A DNA stretch of 64,000 bases from the human T2T-CHM13v2.0 reference genome, Homo sapiens: the NCBI RefSeq assembly GCF_009914755.1, contig NC_060948.1. One strand, written 5' to 3'. Below are positions 1 to 11,200 of the stretch, piece by piece. Numbering within the stretch: position 1 is the stretch's first letter; the number at the start of each line of letters is the position of its first letter. The notes under the pieces were generated by a model. The model worked only from the letters and a program-made list of their open reading frames with translations. It searched no databases and was not told the DNA's origin. A program made the position numbers and the translations under genes.

Positions 1-901
1 GGTCTCGAATTGAATGGAATCGTATGGAATGGCATCAAACGGAATGGAATGGACAGCCACGGAATGGAATGCACTCGAATGCAATGGAGTCGAAACTAAT
101 GGACTGGAATAGAATGGACTCGACTGGTACGGACTCCAATGGAATGGAATCGAATGGAAGGGAATCGAACGGAAGGGAATCGAACGGAATGGACTCGAAG
201 GGAAAAGACTGCAATGGAAAGGTCTCGAATGGAATGGAAATTAATGGAATGGAATGGAATCGAATGAAATGGAGTCAAAAGGAATGGAATCGAATGGCAA
301 GGAATCGAATGTAATGGAATCGCAAGGAATTGATGTGAACGGAACGGAATGGAATGGAATCCAAAGGAATGGAATAGAATGGAATGGAATCGAATGGAAA
401 GGACTCGAATGGAAATCACTCGAATAGAATGCAATTTAATAAAATAGGATCAAATGTAATGGAATGGAATGGAAAGGAATCGAAACGAAAGGAATGGAGA
501 CAGATGGAATGGAATGGAACAGAGAGCAATGGTATAGAACGGAATGGAATCATCTGGAATGGAATTGAATGGAATGGAATAATATGAAATGGAAAGGAAT
601 GGAATGGAATGCCCTTGAATTAAATGGACTGCAATGGAATGGACTCGAACAGAGTGGAATGGAAAGTGTTGAAATAGAATGGAATTGACTCGTTTGGAAT
701 GGTCTAGTATGCAATGCAATCGACTGGCAGGGAATCAAAAGGAATGTAATCGAATGGATTGGACTGGAATGCAATGGACTCGAATAGATTGGAAACGGAA
801 TGCAAAGGAATGGAATGGAATAGTATGGAATGGAATGGAAAGGAATGGAGTGGAATAGACTAGAGTGGAATGGAATGGACTTGAAAGCAATGGACTGGAA
901 T

Positions 902-916
902 GGAACTTTCTTGAAT
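902..916. promoter_or_regulatory. Perfect tripartite heat-shock element motif A (gGAAc tTTCt tGAAt), one per unit
   Basis: Exact match to nGAAnnTTCnnGAAn; intact in 17 of 19 copies (altered at 4461 and 61826). Motif match only; binding not shown. Confidence 0.6.
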
Positions 917-1051
917 GGACTGGAACCAAACGGAATGGAATGCAATGCAATCAAATGGCATGGAATAAGATAGAATGAAAGAGAATCAAATGGAATTGAA
1001 TCGAATGGAATCGAATGGATTGGAAAGGAATAGAATGGAATGGAATGGAAT

Positions 1052-1058
1052 TGACTCA
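1052..1058. promoter_or_regulatory. AP-1 consensus site TGACTCA, one per unit
   Basis: Exact TGACTCA in ggaattgactcaaat, 150 bp after HSE motif A; deleted in two units (~29945, ~61970). Motif match only. Confidence 0.4.
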
Positions 1059-2379
1059 AATGGAATGGACTAGAATGGAATGGATTCGAATGGAAGGCAA
1101 AGGAATGGAATCTATTGGAATGGACTGTAATGGAATGGAATGGAAGGGAATGGAATGGATTCGAATGGAATGGACTGCAATAGAAAGGATTCGAATGGAA
1201 TGAAAAAGAATTGAATGGAATAGAACAGAATGGAATCAAATCGAATGAAATGGAATGGAATAGAAAGGAATGGAATGAAATGGAATGGAAAGGATTCGAA
1301 TGGAATGCAATCGAATGGAATGGAATCGAACGGAATGGAATAAAATGGAAGAAAACTGGCAAGAAATGGAATCGAAATGAATGGAGTGTTATGGAACGGA
1401 CTCAAAAGGAATTGAATGTAATAGAATGGAGTGGAGTGGACTCGAATATAATGGACTGGAATGGAATGAAATCACATGGAATGGGAACGAATGGAATGGA
1501 ATGGAAAGGAATGGAATCGAATGGAAAGGAATCGAATGGAAGGGAATGAAATTGAATCAACAGGAATGGAAGGGAATAGAATAGACGGTAATGGAATGGA
1601 CTCGAATAGAATGGACACGAATGCTCAAATTGAATGGACTCGAATGGAATGGAAACGAAAGGAATGTCATCGAATGGAATTGAATCGATTGGAATGAAAT
1701 CGCATAGAATGGAGTGGAATCAAATGGAATTGAATCGAAAGGAAAGGAAGCGAATGGACTGAAATGAAATGGAATGGAATTGAATGGAAAGTAATGCAAT
1801 GGAATAGAATGGAACGAAATTTCACGGAATGGAATCAAACTGAATGGAATCAAATCAATGGAATCTAATCAAATGGAATGGAAAGGAATTGAATGGAGTA
1901 GATTGGATTGGATGGGATTGGAATGAAATGTACTGGAAAGGACTCGAATTTCATGAAATGGAATGGAATGAATTGGAACGGAATGGACTCGAATGGAATG
2001 GAATGTCATGGAATGGCATCAAATGGAATGGCATCAAATGGAATGGAATCGAATGCAATGGAATGCTATGGAATGGAATGGAATGCATTGGAATGGAATG
2101 TCCTCTAATGGAATGGATTCGAGTGGAATGGAATCGAATATAATGGAGTCGAATGAAATGGAATTGAAAGGAATGGGATCGAATACAATGGAATATACTG
2201 GAATGTAATGTAATGAACGCGAATGTAATTGACTGGAATGGAATGTACATGAATGGAATGTAATCGAATGGAAAGTAATCCAATGGAATAGAATCTAATG
2301 CAATAAAATCGACTCAGATAGTGTAGAATGTAATGGAATGGAGTGCAGTGCAATGGAATGGAATGGAATGGAATGCAAT

Positions 2380-2424
2380 GGAATGGAATGGAATGGAATG
2401 GAATGGAATGGAATGGAATGGAAT
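2380..2424 (+). repeat. Pure (GGAAT)9 tract, variable in copy number between units
   Basis: Lies between gcaat and gggat; homologous tracts have 5-10 copies. Confidence 0.9.
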
Positions 2425-3164
2425 GGGATGGAATGGTATGGAATGGATAGTAATGGAGTGGAATGAAATGGACTGGAAAAGAATGGACTCAAATTGAAAG
2501 GGCTCGAAAGGAATGGAGTCAAATGGAATGGTCTGGAATGGAATGAACACGCATGTAATGCAATCCAATAGAATGGAATCGAATGGCATGGAATATAAAG
2601 AAATGGAATCGAAGAGAATGGAAACAAATGGAATGGAATTGAATGGAATGCAATTGAATGGAATGGGAAGGAATGGAGTGAAATTGTATGCAGTAGAAGA
2701 GAATAGAATGGAATGCAAGCGAAAGGAAAGGAATGGATTGCAATGGAATGGAATTCATTGGAATGGAAGGGAATGTAGTGTAATGGACAGGCCTGGAATA
2801 AAGTGGAATGCTACGGTCTCGAATGGAATAAAAATGTATGGAATGGAATGCAATGAAACGGAATCGAATGTCATGGAATGTAATGGAATGCAAAAAAATG
2901 GAATCCAAAATCATTGACTGGAAAGGCTGGGTGTCGAAAGGAATTGACTCCAATGGAATGGAATCGAATGGAATGGAAGTGAATAGAATCGAACTAAATC
3001 GAATGGAATGGAATTGATAGGAACGGAATGGAAAGGAATGCAATGATTTGGCATGGAATGGAATCAAATGGCATCGAATGGAATGGAATGGAATGCAATG
3101 GAATGGAATGTATTAGAATGTAATGAACATTAATGGAATGTACTCGAATGGATTCGACTGGAAT

Positions 3165-3179
3165 GGAATGTTCTGGAAG
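3165..3179. promoter_or_regulatory. Perfect tripartite heat-shock element motif B (gGAAt gTTCt gGAAg), one per full unit
   Basis: Exact match to nGAAnnTTCnnGAAn; intact in 13 of 16 copies (altered at 21371, 28493, 32051). Motif match only. Confidence 0.6.
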
Positions 3180-3444
3180 TGAATGGACTCCAATGGAATG
3201 GATTCGAAAGGAATGGAATCGAACGGAATGGAATCTAATGGAATGGAATTAAATGGAAATGAATCAAATTGAATAGCACGGAATTGAATTGAATGGAATC
3301 GAATGCAATGGAATCTAATGAAACGGAAAGGAAAGGAATGCAATGGAATGGAATGGGCTGGAATGGAAAGGAATCGAAACGAATGGAATGGAATCGAACT
3401 GAAGAGACTGGAATGGAATGCACTGGAATGGAAGGGAGTGTAAT

Positions 3445-3459
3445 GGAAGGTTCTCGAAA
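3445..3459. promoter_or_regulatory. Perfect tripartite heat-shock element motif C (gGAAg gTTCt cGAAa), one per full unit
   Basis: Exact match to nGAAnnTTCnnGAAn, 280 bp after motif B; intact in 15 of 16 copies (altered at 60800). Motif match only. Confidence 0.6.
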
Positions 3460-6043
3460 AAAATGGAATCGAATGGAATGGAATTGAAAGGAACGGAATA
3501 GAGTCGCATGGAATTGAATGGAATGGAATGGACTAGAGTGAAATGGAATCGAACGAAAAGGAATGGACAGGAATAGAATGGTCTCGAATTGAATGGAATC
3601 GTATGGAATGGCATCAAACGGAATGGAATGGACAGCCACGGAATGGAATGCACTCGAATGCAATGGAGTCGAAACTAATGGACTGGAATAGAATGGACTC
3701 GACTGGTACGGACTCCAATGGAATGGAATCGAATGGAAGGGAATCGAACGGAATGGACTCGAAGGGAAAAGACTGCAATGGAAAGGTCTCGAATGGAATG
3801 GAAATTAATGGAATGGAATGGAATCGAATGAAATGGAGTCAAAAGGAATGGAATCGAATGGCAAGAAATCGAATGTAATGGAATCGCAAGGAATTGATGT
3901 GAACGGAACGGAATGGAATGGAATCCAAAGGAATGGAATAGAATGGAATGGAATCGAATGGAAAGGACTCGAATGGAAATCACTCGAATAGAATGCAATT
4001 TAATAAAATAGGATCAAATGTAATAGAATGGAATGGAAAGGAATCGAAACGGAAGGAATGGAGACAGATGGAATGGAATGGAACAGAGAGCAATGGTATA
4101 GAATGGAATGGAATCATCTGGAATGGAATTGAATGGAATGGAATGATATGAAATGGAATGGAATGGAATGGAATGGAATGCCCTTGAATTAAATGGACTG
4201 GACTCGAACAGAGTGGAATGGAAAGTGTTGAGATAGAATGGAATGGACTGCTTTGGAATGGTGTAGTATGCAATGCAATCGACTGGCAGGGAATCAAAAG
4301 GAATGTAATCGAATGGATTGGACTGGAATGCAATGGACTCGAATAGATTGGAAACGGAATGCAAAGAAATGGAATGGAATAGTATGGAATGCAATGGAAG
4401 GGAATGGAGTGGAATAGACTAGAGTGGAATGGAATGGACTGGAAAGCAATGGACTGGAATGGAACTTTCTTGGATGGACTGGAATCAAACGGAATGTAAT
4501 GCAATGCAATCAAGTGGCATGGAATAAAATAGAATGAAAGAGAATCAAATGGAATTGAATCGAATGGAATCGAATGGATTGGAAAGGAATAGAATGGAAT
4601 GGAATGGAATTGACTCAAATGGAATGGACTAGAATGGAATGGATTCGAATGGAAGGCAAAGGAATGGAATCTATTGGAATGGACTGTAATGGAATGGAAT
4701 GGAAGGGATTGGAATGGACTCGAATGGAATGGACTGCAATAGAAAGGATTCGAATGGAATGAAAAAGAATTGAATGGAATAGAACAGAATGGAATCAAAT
4801 CGAATGAAATGGAATGGAATAGAAAGGAATGGAATGAAATGGAATGGAAAGGATTCGAATGGAATGCAATCGAATGGAATGGAATCGAACGGAATGGAAT
4901 AAAATGGAAGAAAACTGGCAAGAAATGGAATCGAAATGAATGGAGTGTTATGGAACGGACTCAAAAGGAATTGAATGTAATAGAATGGAGTGGAGTGGAC
5001 TCGAATATAATGGACTGGAATGGAATGAAATCACATGGAATGGGAACGAATGGAATGGAATGGAAAGGAATGGAATCGAATGGAAAGGAATCGAATGGAA
5101 GGGAATGAAATTGAATCAACAGGAATGGAAGGGAATAGAATAGACTGTAATAGAATGGACTCGAATAGAATGGACACGAATGCTCAAATTAAATGGACTC
5201 GAATGGAATGGAAACGAAAGGAATGTCATCGAATGGAATTGAATCGATTGGAATGAAATCGCATAGAATGGAGTGGAATCAAATGGAATTGAATCGAAAG
5301 GAAAGGAAGCGAATGGACTGAAATGAAATGGAATGGAATTGAATGGAAAGTAATGCAATGGAATAGAATGGAACGAAATTTCACGGAATGGAATCAAACT
5401 GAATGGAATCAAATCAATGGAATCAAATCAAATGGAATGGAAAGGAATTGAATGGAGTAGATGGGATTGGATGGGATTGGAATGAAATGTACTGGAAAGG
5501 ACTCGAATTTCATGAAACGGAATGGAATGAATTGGAACGGAATGGACTCGAATGGAATGGAATGTCATGGAATGGCATCAAATGGAATGGCATCAAATGG
5601 AATGGAATCGAATGCAATGGAATGCTATGGAATGGAATGGAATGCATTGGAATGGAATGTCCTCTAATGGAATGGATTCGAGTGGAATGGAATTGAATAT
5701 AATGGAGTCGAATGAAATGGAATTGAAAGCAATGGGATCGAATACAATGGAATATACTGGAATGTAACGTAATGAACTCGAATGTAATTGACTGGAATGG
5801 AATGTACATGAATGGAATGTAATCGAATGGAAAGTAATCCAATGGAATAGAATCTAATGCAATAAAATCGACTCAGATAGAGTAGAATGTAATGGAATGG
5901 AGTGCAGTGCAATGGAATGGAATGGAATGGAATGCAATGGAATGGAATGGAATGGAATGGAATGGGATGGAATGGGATGGAATGGATAGTAATGGACTGG
6001 AGTGAAATGGACTGGAAAGGAATGGACTCAAATGGAAAGGGCT

Positions 6044-6070
6044 CGAAAGGAATGGAGACAAATGGAATGG
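6044..6070 (+). other. Junction of a 1545-bp intra-array deletion
   Basis: gggct-cgaaaggaatggagacaaatggaatgg-aatggaacagagagc joins sequence normally found at 2505 and 4050 (also 8047 and 9592), 1545 bp apart. Confidence 0.9.
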
Positions 6071-8292
6071 AATGGAACAGAGAGCAATGGTATAGAATGG
6101 AATGGAATCATCTGGAATGGAATTGAATGGAATGGAATAATATGAAATGGAATGGAATGGAATGGAATGGAATGCCCTTGAATTAAATGGACTGGAATGG
6201 AATGGACTCGAACAGAGTGGAATGGAAAGTGTTGAGATAGAATGGAATGGACTCTTTTAGAATGGTCTAGTATGCAATGCAATCGACTGGCAGGGAATCA
6301 AAGGAATGTAATTGAATGGATTGGACTGGAATGCAATGGACTCGAATAGATTGGAAACGGAATGCAAAGGAATGGAATGGAATAGTATGGAATGGAATGG
6401 AAAGGAATGGAGTGGAATAGACTAGAGTGGAATGGAATGGACTGGAAAGCAATGGACTGGAATGGAACTTTCTTGAATGGACTGGAATCAAACGGAATGG
6501 AATGCAATGCAATCAAATGGCATGGAATAAAATAGAATGAAAGAGAATCAAATGGAATTGAATCGAATGGAATCGAATGGATTGGAAAGGAATAGAATGG
6601 AATGGAATGGAATTGACTCAAATGGAATGGACTAGAATGGAATGGATTCGAATGGAAGGCAAAGGAATGGAATCTATTGGAATGGACAGTAATGGAATGG
6701 AATGGAAGGGATTGGAATGGACTGGAATGGAATGGACTGCAATAGAAAGGATTCGAATGGAATGAAAAAGAATTGAATGGAATAGAACAGAATGGAATCA
6801 AATCGAATGAAATGGAATGGAATGAAATGGAATGGAAAGGATTCGAATGGAATGCAATCGAATGGAATGGAATCGAACGGAATGGAATAAAATGGAAGAA
6901 AACTGGCAAGAAATGGAATCGAAATGAATGGAGTGTTATGGAACGGTCTCAAAAGGAATTGAATGTAATAGAATGGAGTGGAGTGGACTCGAATATAATG
7001 AACTGGAATGGAATGAAATCACATGGAATGGGAACGAATGGAATGGAATGGAAAGGAATGGAATCGAATGGAAAGGAATCGAATGGAAGGGAATGAAACT
7101 GAATCAACAGGAATGGAAGGGAATAGAATAGACGGTAATGGAATGGACTCGAATAGAATGGACACGAATGCTCAAATTGAATGGACTCGAATGGAATGGA
7201 AACGAAAGGAATGTCATCGAATGGAATTGAATCGATTGGAATGAAATCGCATAGAATGGAGTGGAATCAAATGGAATTGAATCGAAAGGAAAGGAAGCGA
7301 ATGGACTGAAATGAAATGGAATGGAATTGAATGGAAAGTAATGCAATGGAATAGAATGGAACGAAATTTCACGGAATGGAATCAAACTGAATGGAATCAA
7401 ATCAATGGAATCAAATCAAATGGAATGGAAAGGAATTGAATGGAGTAGATTGGATTGGATGGGATTGGAATGAAATGTACTGGAAAGGACTCGAATTTCA
7501 TGAAACGGAATGGAATGAATTGGAACGGAATGGACTCGAATGGAATGGAATGTCATGGAATGGCATCAAATGGAATGGCATCAAATGGAATGGAATCAAA
7601 TGCAATGGAATGCTATGGAATGGAATGGAATGCATTGGAATGGAATGTCCTCTAATGGAATGGATTCGAGTGGAATGGAATCGAATATAATGGAGTCGAA
7701 TGAAATGGAATTGAAAGGAATGGGATCGAATACAATGGAATATACTGGAATGTAACGTAATGAATTCGAATGTAATTGACTGGAATGGAATGTACATGAA
7801 TGGAATGTAATCGAATGGAAAGTAATCCAATGGAATAGAATCTAATGCAATAAAATCGACTCAGATAGAGTAGAATGTAATGGAATGGAGTGCAGTGCAA
7901 TGGAATGGAATGGAATGGAATGCAATGGAATGGAATGGAATGGGATGGAATGGAATGGAATGGAATGGGATGGAATTGTATGGAATGGATAGTAATGGAC
8001 TGGAGTGAAATGGACTGGAAAGGAATGGACTCAAATTGAAAGGGCTCGAAAGGAATGGAGTCAAATGGAATGGTCTGGAATGGAATGAACACGAATGTAA
8101 TGCAACCCAATAGAATGGAATCGAATGGCATGGAATATAAAGAAATGGAATCGAAGAGAATGGAAACAAATGGAATGGAATTGAATGGAATGGAATTGAA
8201 TGGAATGGGAACGAATGGAGTGAAATTGTATGCAGTAGAAGAGAATAGAATGGAATGCAAGCGAAAGGAAAGGAATGGATTGGAATGGAATG

Positions 8293-11200
8293 GAATTCAT
8301 TGGAATGGAAGGGAATGTAGTGTAATGGACAGGCCTGGAATAAAGTGGAATGCTACGGTCTCGAATGGAATAAAAATGTATGGAATGGAATTCAATGAAA
8401 CGGAATCGAATGTCATAGAATGTAATGGAATGCAACAAAATGGAATCCAAAATCATTGACTGGAAAGGCTGGGTGTCGAAAGGAATTGACTCCAATGGAA
8501 TGGAATCGAATGGAATGGAAGTGAATAGAATCGAACTAAATCGAATGGAATGGAATTGATAGGAACGGAATGGAAAGGAATGCAGTGATTTGGCATGGAA
8601 TGGAATCGAATGGCATCGAATGGAATGGAATGGAATGCAATGGAATGGAATGTATTAGAATGTAATGAACTTTAATGGAATGTACTCGAATGGATTCGAC
8701 TGGAATGGAATGTTCTGGAAGTGAATGGACTCCAATGGAATGGATTCAAAAGGAATGGAATCGTACGGAATGGAATCTAATGGAATGGAATTAAATGGAA
8801 ATGAATCAAATTGAATAGCACGGAATTGAATTGAATGGAATGGAATGCAATGGAATCTAATGAAACGGAAAGGTAAGGAATGGAATGGAATGGAATGGGC
8901 TGGAATGGAAAGGAATCGAAACGAATGGAATGGAATCGAACTGAAGAGACTGGAATGGAATGCACTGGAATGGAAGGGAGTGTAATGGAAGGTTCTCGAA
9001 AAAAATGGAATCGAATGGAATGCAATTGAATGGAACGGAATAGAGTCGAATGCAATTGAATGGAATGGAATGGACTAGAGTGAAATGGAATCGAACCACA
9101 AGGAATGGACAGGAATAGAATGGTCTCGAATTGAATGGAATCGTATGGAATGGCATCAAACGGAATGGAATGGACAGCCACGGAATGGAATGCACTCGAA
9201 TGCAATGGAGTCGAAACTAATGGACTGGAATAGAATGGACTCGACTGGTACGGACTCCAATGGAATGGAATCGAATGGAAGGGAATCGAACGGAATGGAC
9301 TCGAAGGGAAAAGACTGCAATGGAAAGGTCTCGAATGGAATGGAAATTAATGGAATGGAATGGAATCGAATGAAATGGAGTCAAAAGGAATGGAATCGAA
9401 TGGCAAGAAATCGAATGTAATGGAATCGCAAGGAATTGATGTGAACGGAACGGAATGGAATCGAATCCAAAGGAATGGAATAGAATGGAATGGAATCGAA
9501 TGCAAAGGACTCGAATGGAAATCACTCGAATAGAATGCAATTTAATAAAATAGGATCAAATATAATGGAATGGAATGGAAAGGAATCGAAACGAAAGGAA
9601 TGGAGACAGATGGAATGGAATGGAACAGAGAGCAATGGTATAGAATGGAATGGAATCATCTAGAATGTAATTGAATGGAATGGAATAATATGAAATGGAA
9701 TGGAATGGAATGGAATGCCCTTGAATTAAATGGACTGGAATGGAATGGACTCGAACAGAGTGGAATGGAAAGTGTTGAGATAGAATGGAATGGACTCCTT
9801 TGGAATGGTGTAGTATGCAATGCAATCGACTGACAGGGAATCAAAAGGAATGTAATCGAATGGATTGGACTGGAATGCAATGGACTCGAATAGATTGGAA
9901 ACGGAATGCAAAGGAATGGAATGGAATAGTATGGAATGGAATGGAAAGGAATGGAGTGGAATAGACTAGAGTGGAATGGAATGGACTCGAAAGCAATGGA
10001 CTGGAATGGAACTTTCTTGAATGGACTGGAACCAAACGGAATGGAATGCAATGCAATCAAATGGCATGGAATAAGATAGAATGAAAGAGAATCAAATGGA
10101 ATTGAATGGAATGGAATCGAATGGATTGGAAAGGAATAGAATGGAATGGAATGGAATTGACTCAAATGGAATGGACTAGAATGGAATGGATTCGAATGGA
10201 AGGCAAAGGAATGGAATCTATTGGAATGGACTGTAATGGAATGCAATGGAAGGGATTGGAATGGACTCGAATGGAATGGACTGCAATAGAAAGGATTCGA
10301 ATGGAATGAAAAAGAATTGAATGGAATAGAACAGAATGGAATCAAATCGAATGAAATGGAATGGAATAGAAAGGAATGGAATGGAATGGAATGGAAAGGA
10401 TTCGAATGGAATGCAATCGAATGGAATGGAATCGAACGGAATGGAATAAAATGGAAGAAAACTGGCAAGAAATGGAATCGAAATGAATGTAGTGTTATGG
10501 AACGGACTCAAAAGGAATTGAATGTAATAGAATGGAGTGGAGTGGACTCGAATATAATGGACTGGAATGGAATGAAATCACATGGAAAGGGAAAGAATGG
10601 AATGGAATGGAAAGGAATGGAATTGAATGGAAAGGAATCGAACGGAAGGGAATGAAATTGAATCAACAGGAATGGAAGGGAATAGAATAGACGGTAATGG
10701 AATGGACTCGAATAGAATGGACACGAATGCTCAAATTGAATGGACTCGAATGGAATGGATACGAAAGGAATGTCATCGAATGGAATTGAATCGATTGGAA
10801 TGAAATTGCATAGAATGGAGTGGAATCAAATGGAATTGAATCGAAAGGAAAGGAAGCGAATGGACTGAAATGAAATGGAATGGAATTGAATGGAAAGTAA
10901 TGCAATGGAATAGAATGGAACGAAATTTCACGGTATGGAATCAAACTGAATGGAATAAAATCAATGGAATCAAATCAAATGGAATGGAAAGGAATTGAAT
11001 GGAGTAGATGGGATTGGATGGGATTGGAATGAAATGTACTGGAAAGGACTCGAATTTCATGAAACGGAATGGAATGAATTGGAACGGAATGGACACGAAT
11101 GGAATGGAATGTCATGGAATGGCATCAAATGGAATGGCATCAAATGGAATGGAATCGAATGCAATGGAATGCTATGGAATGGAATGGAATGCATTGGAAT

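Larger units (their letters stand above)
2751..8292 (+). repeat. 5542-bp composite: one full unit plus one ~2.0-kb internally deleted unit
   Basis: Homologous GAATTC sites at 2751 and 8293 and GGCC sites at 2790 and 8332 are 5542 bp apart; deletion junction at 6044-6070. Confidence 0.9.

Noticed and set aside
439-444. AATAAA hexamers as polyadenylation signals
   Set aside because: Several occur per unit as simple pentamer variants; no supporting downstream element or transcript evidence in the sequence.
1861-1871. DUX4-like motif GAATCTAATCA
   Set aside because: It mismatches the first T of the TAAT core and is present only in a minority of units; expected by chance from CAAAT pentamers.
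1945-1958. cgaatttcatgaaa as a fourth HSE
   Set aside because: GAA-to-TTC spacing is 1 bp rather than 2, leaving only a two-unit TTCnnGAA.
2923-2936. Non-pentamer word aaggctgggtgtcg resembling an Alu 5' end
   Set aside because: It is too short, keeps the 5-bp register and has no further Alu sequence or target-site duplication.
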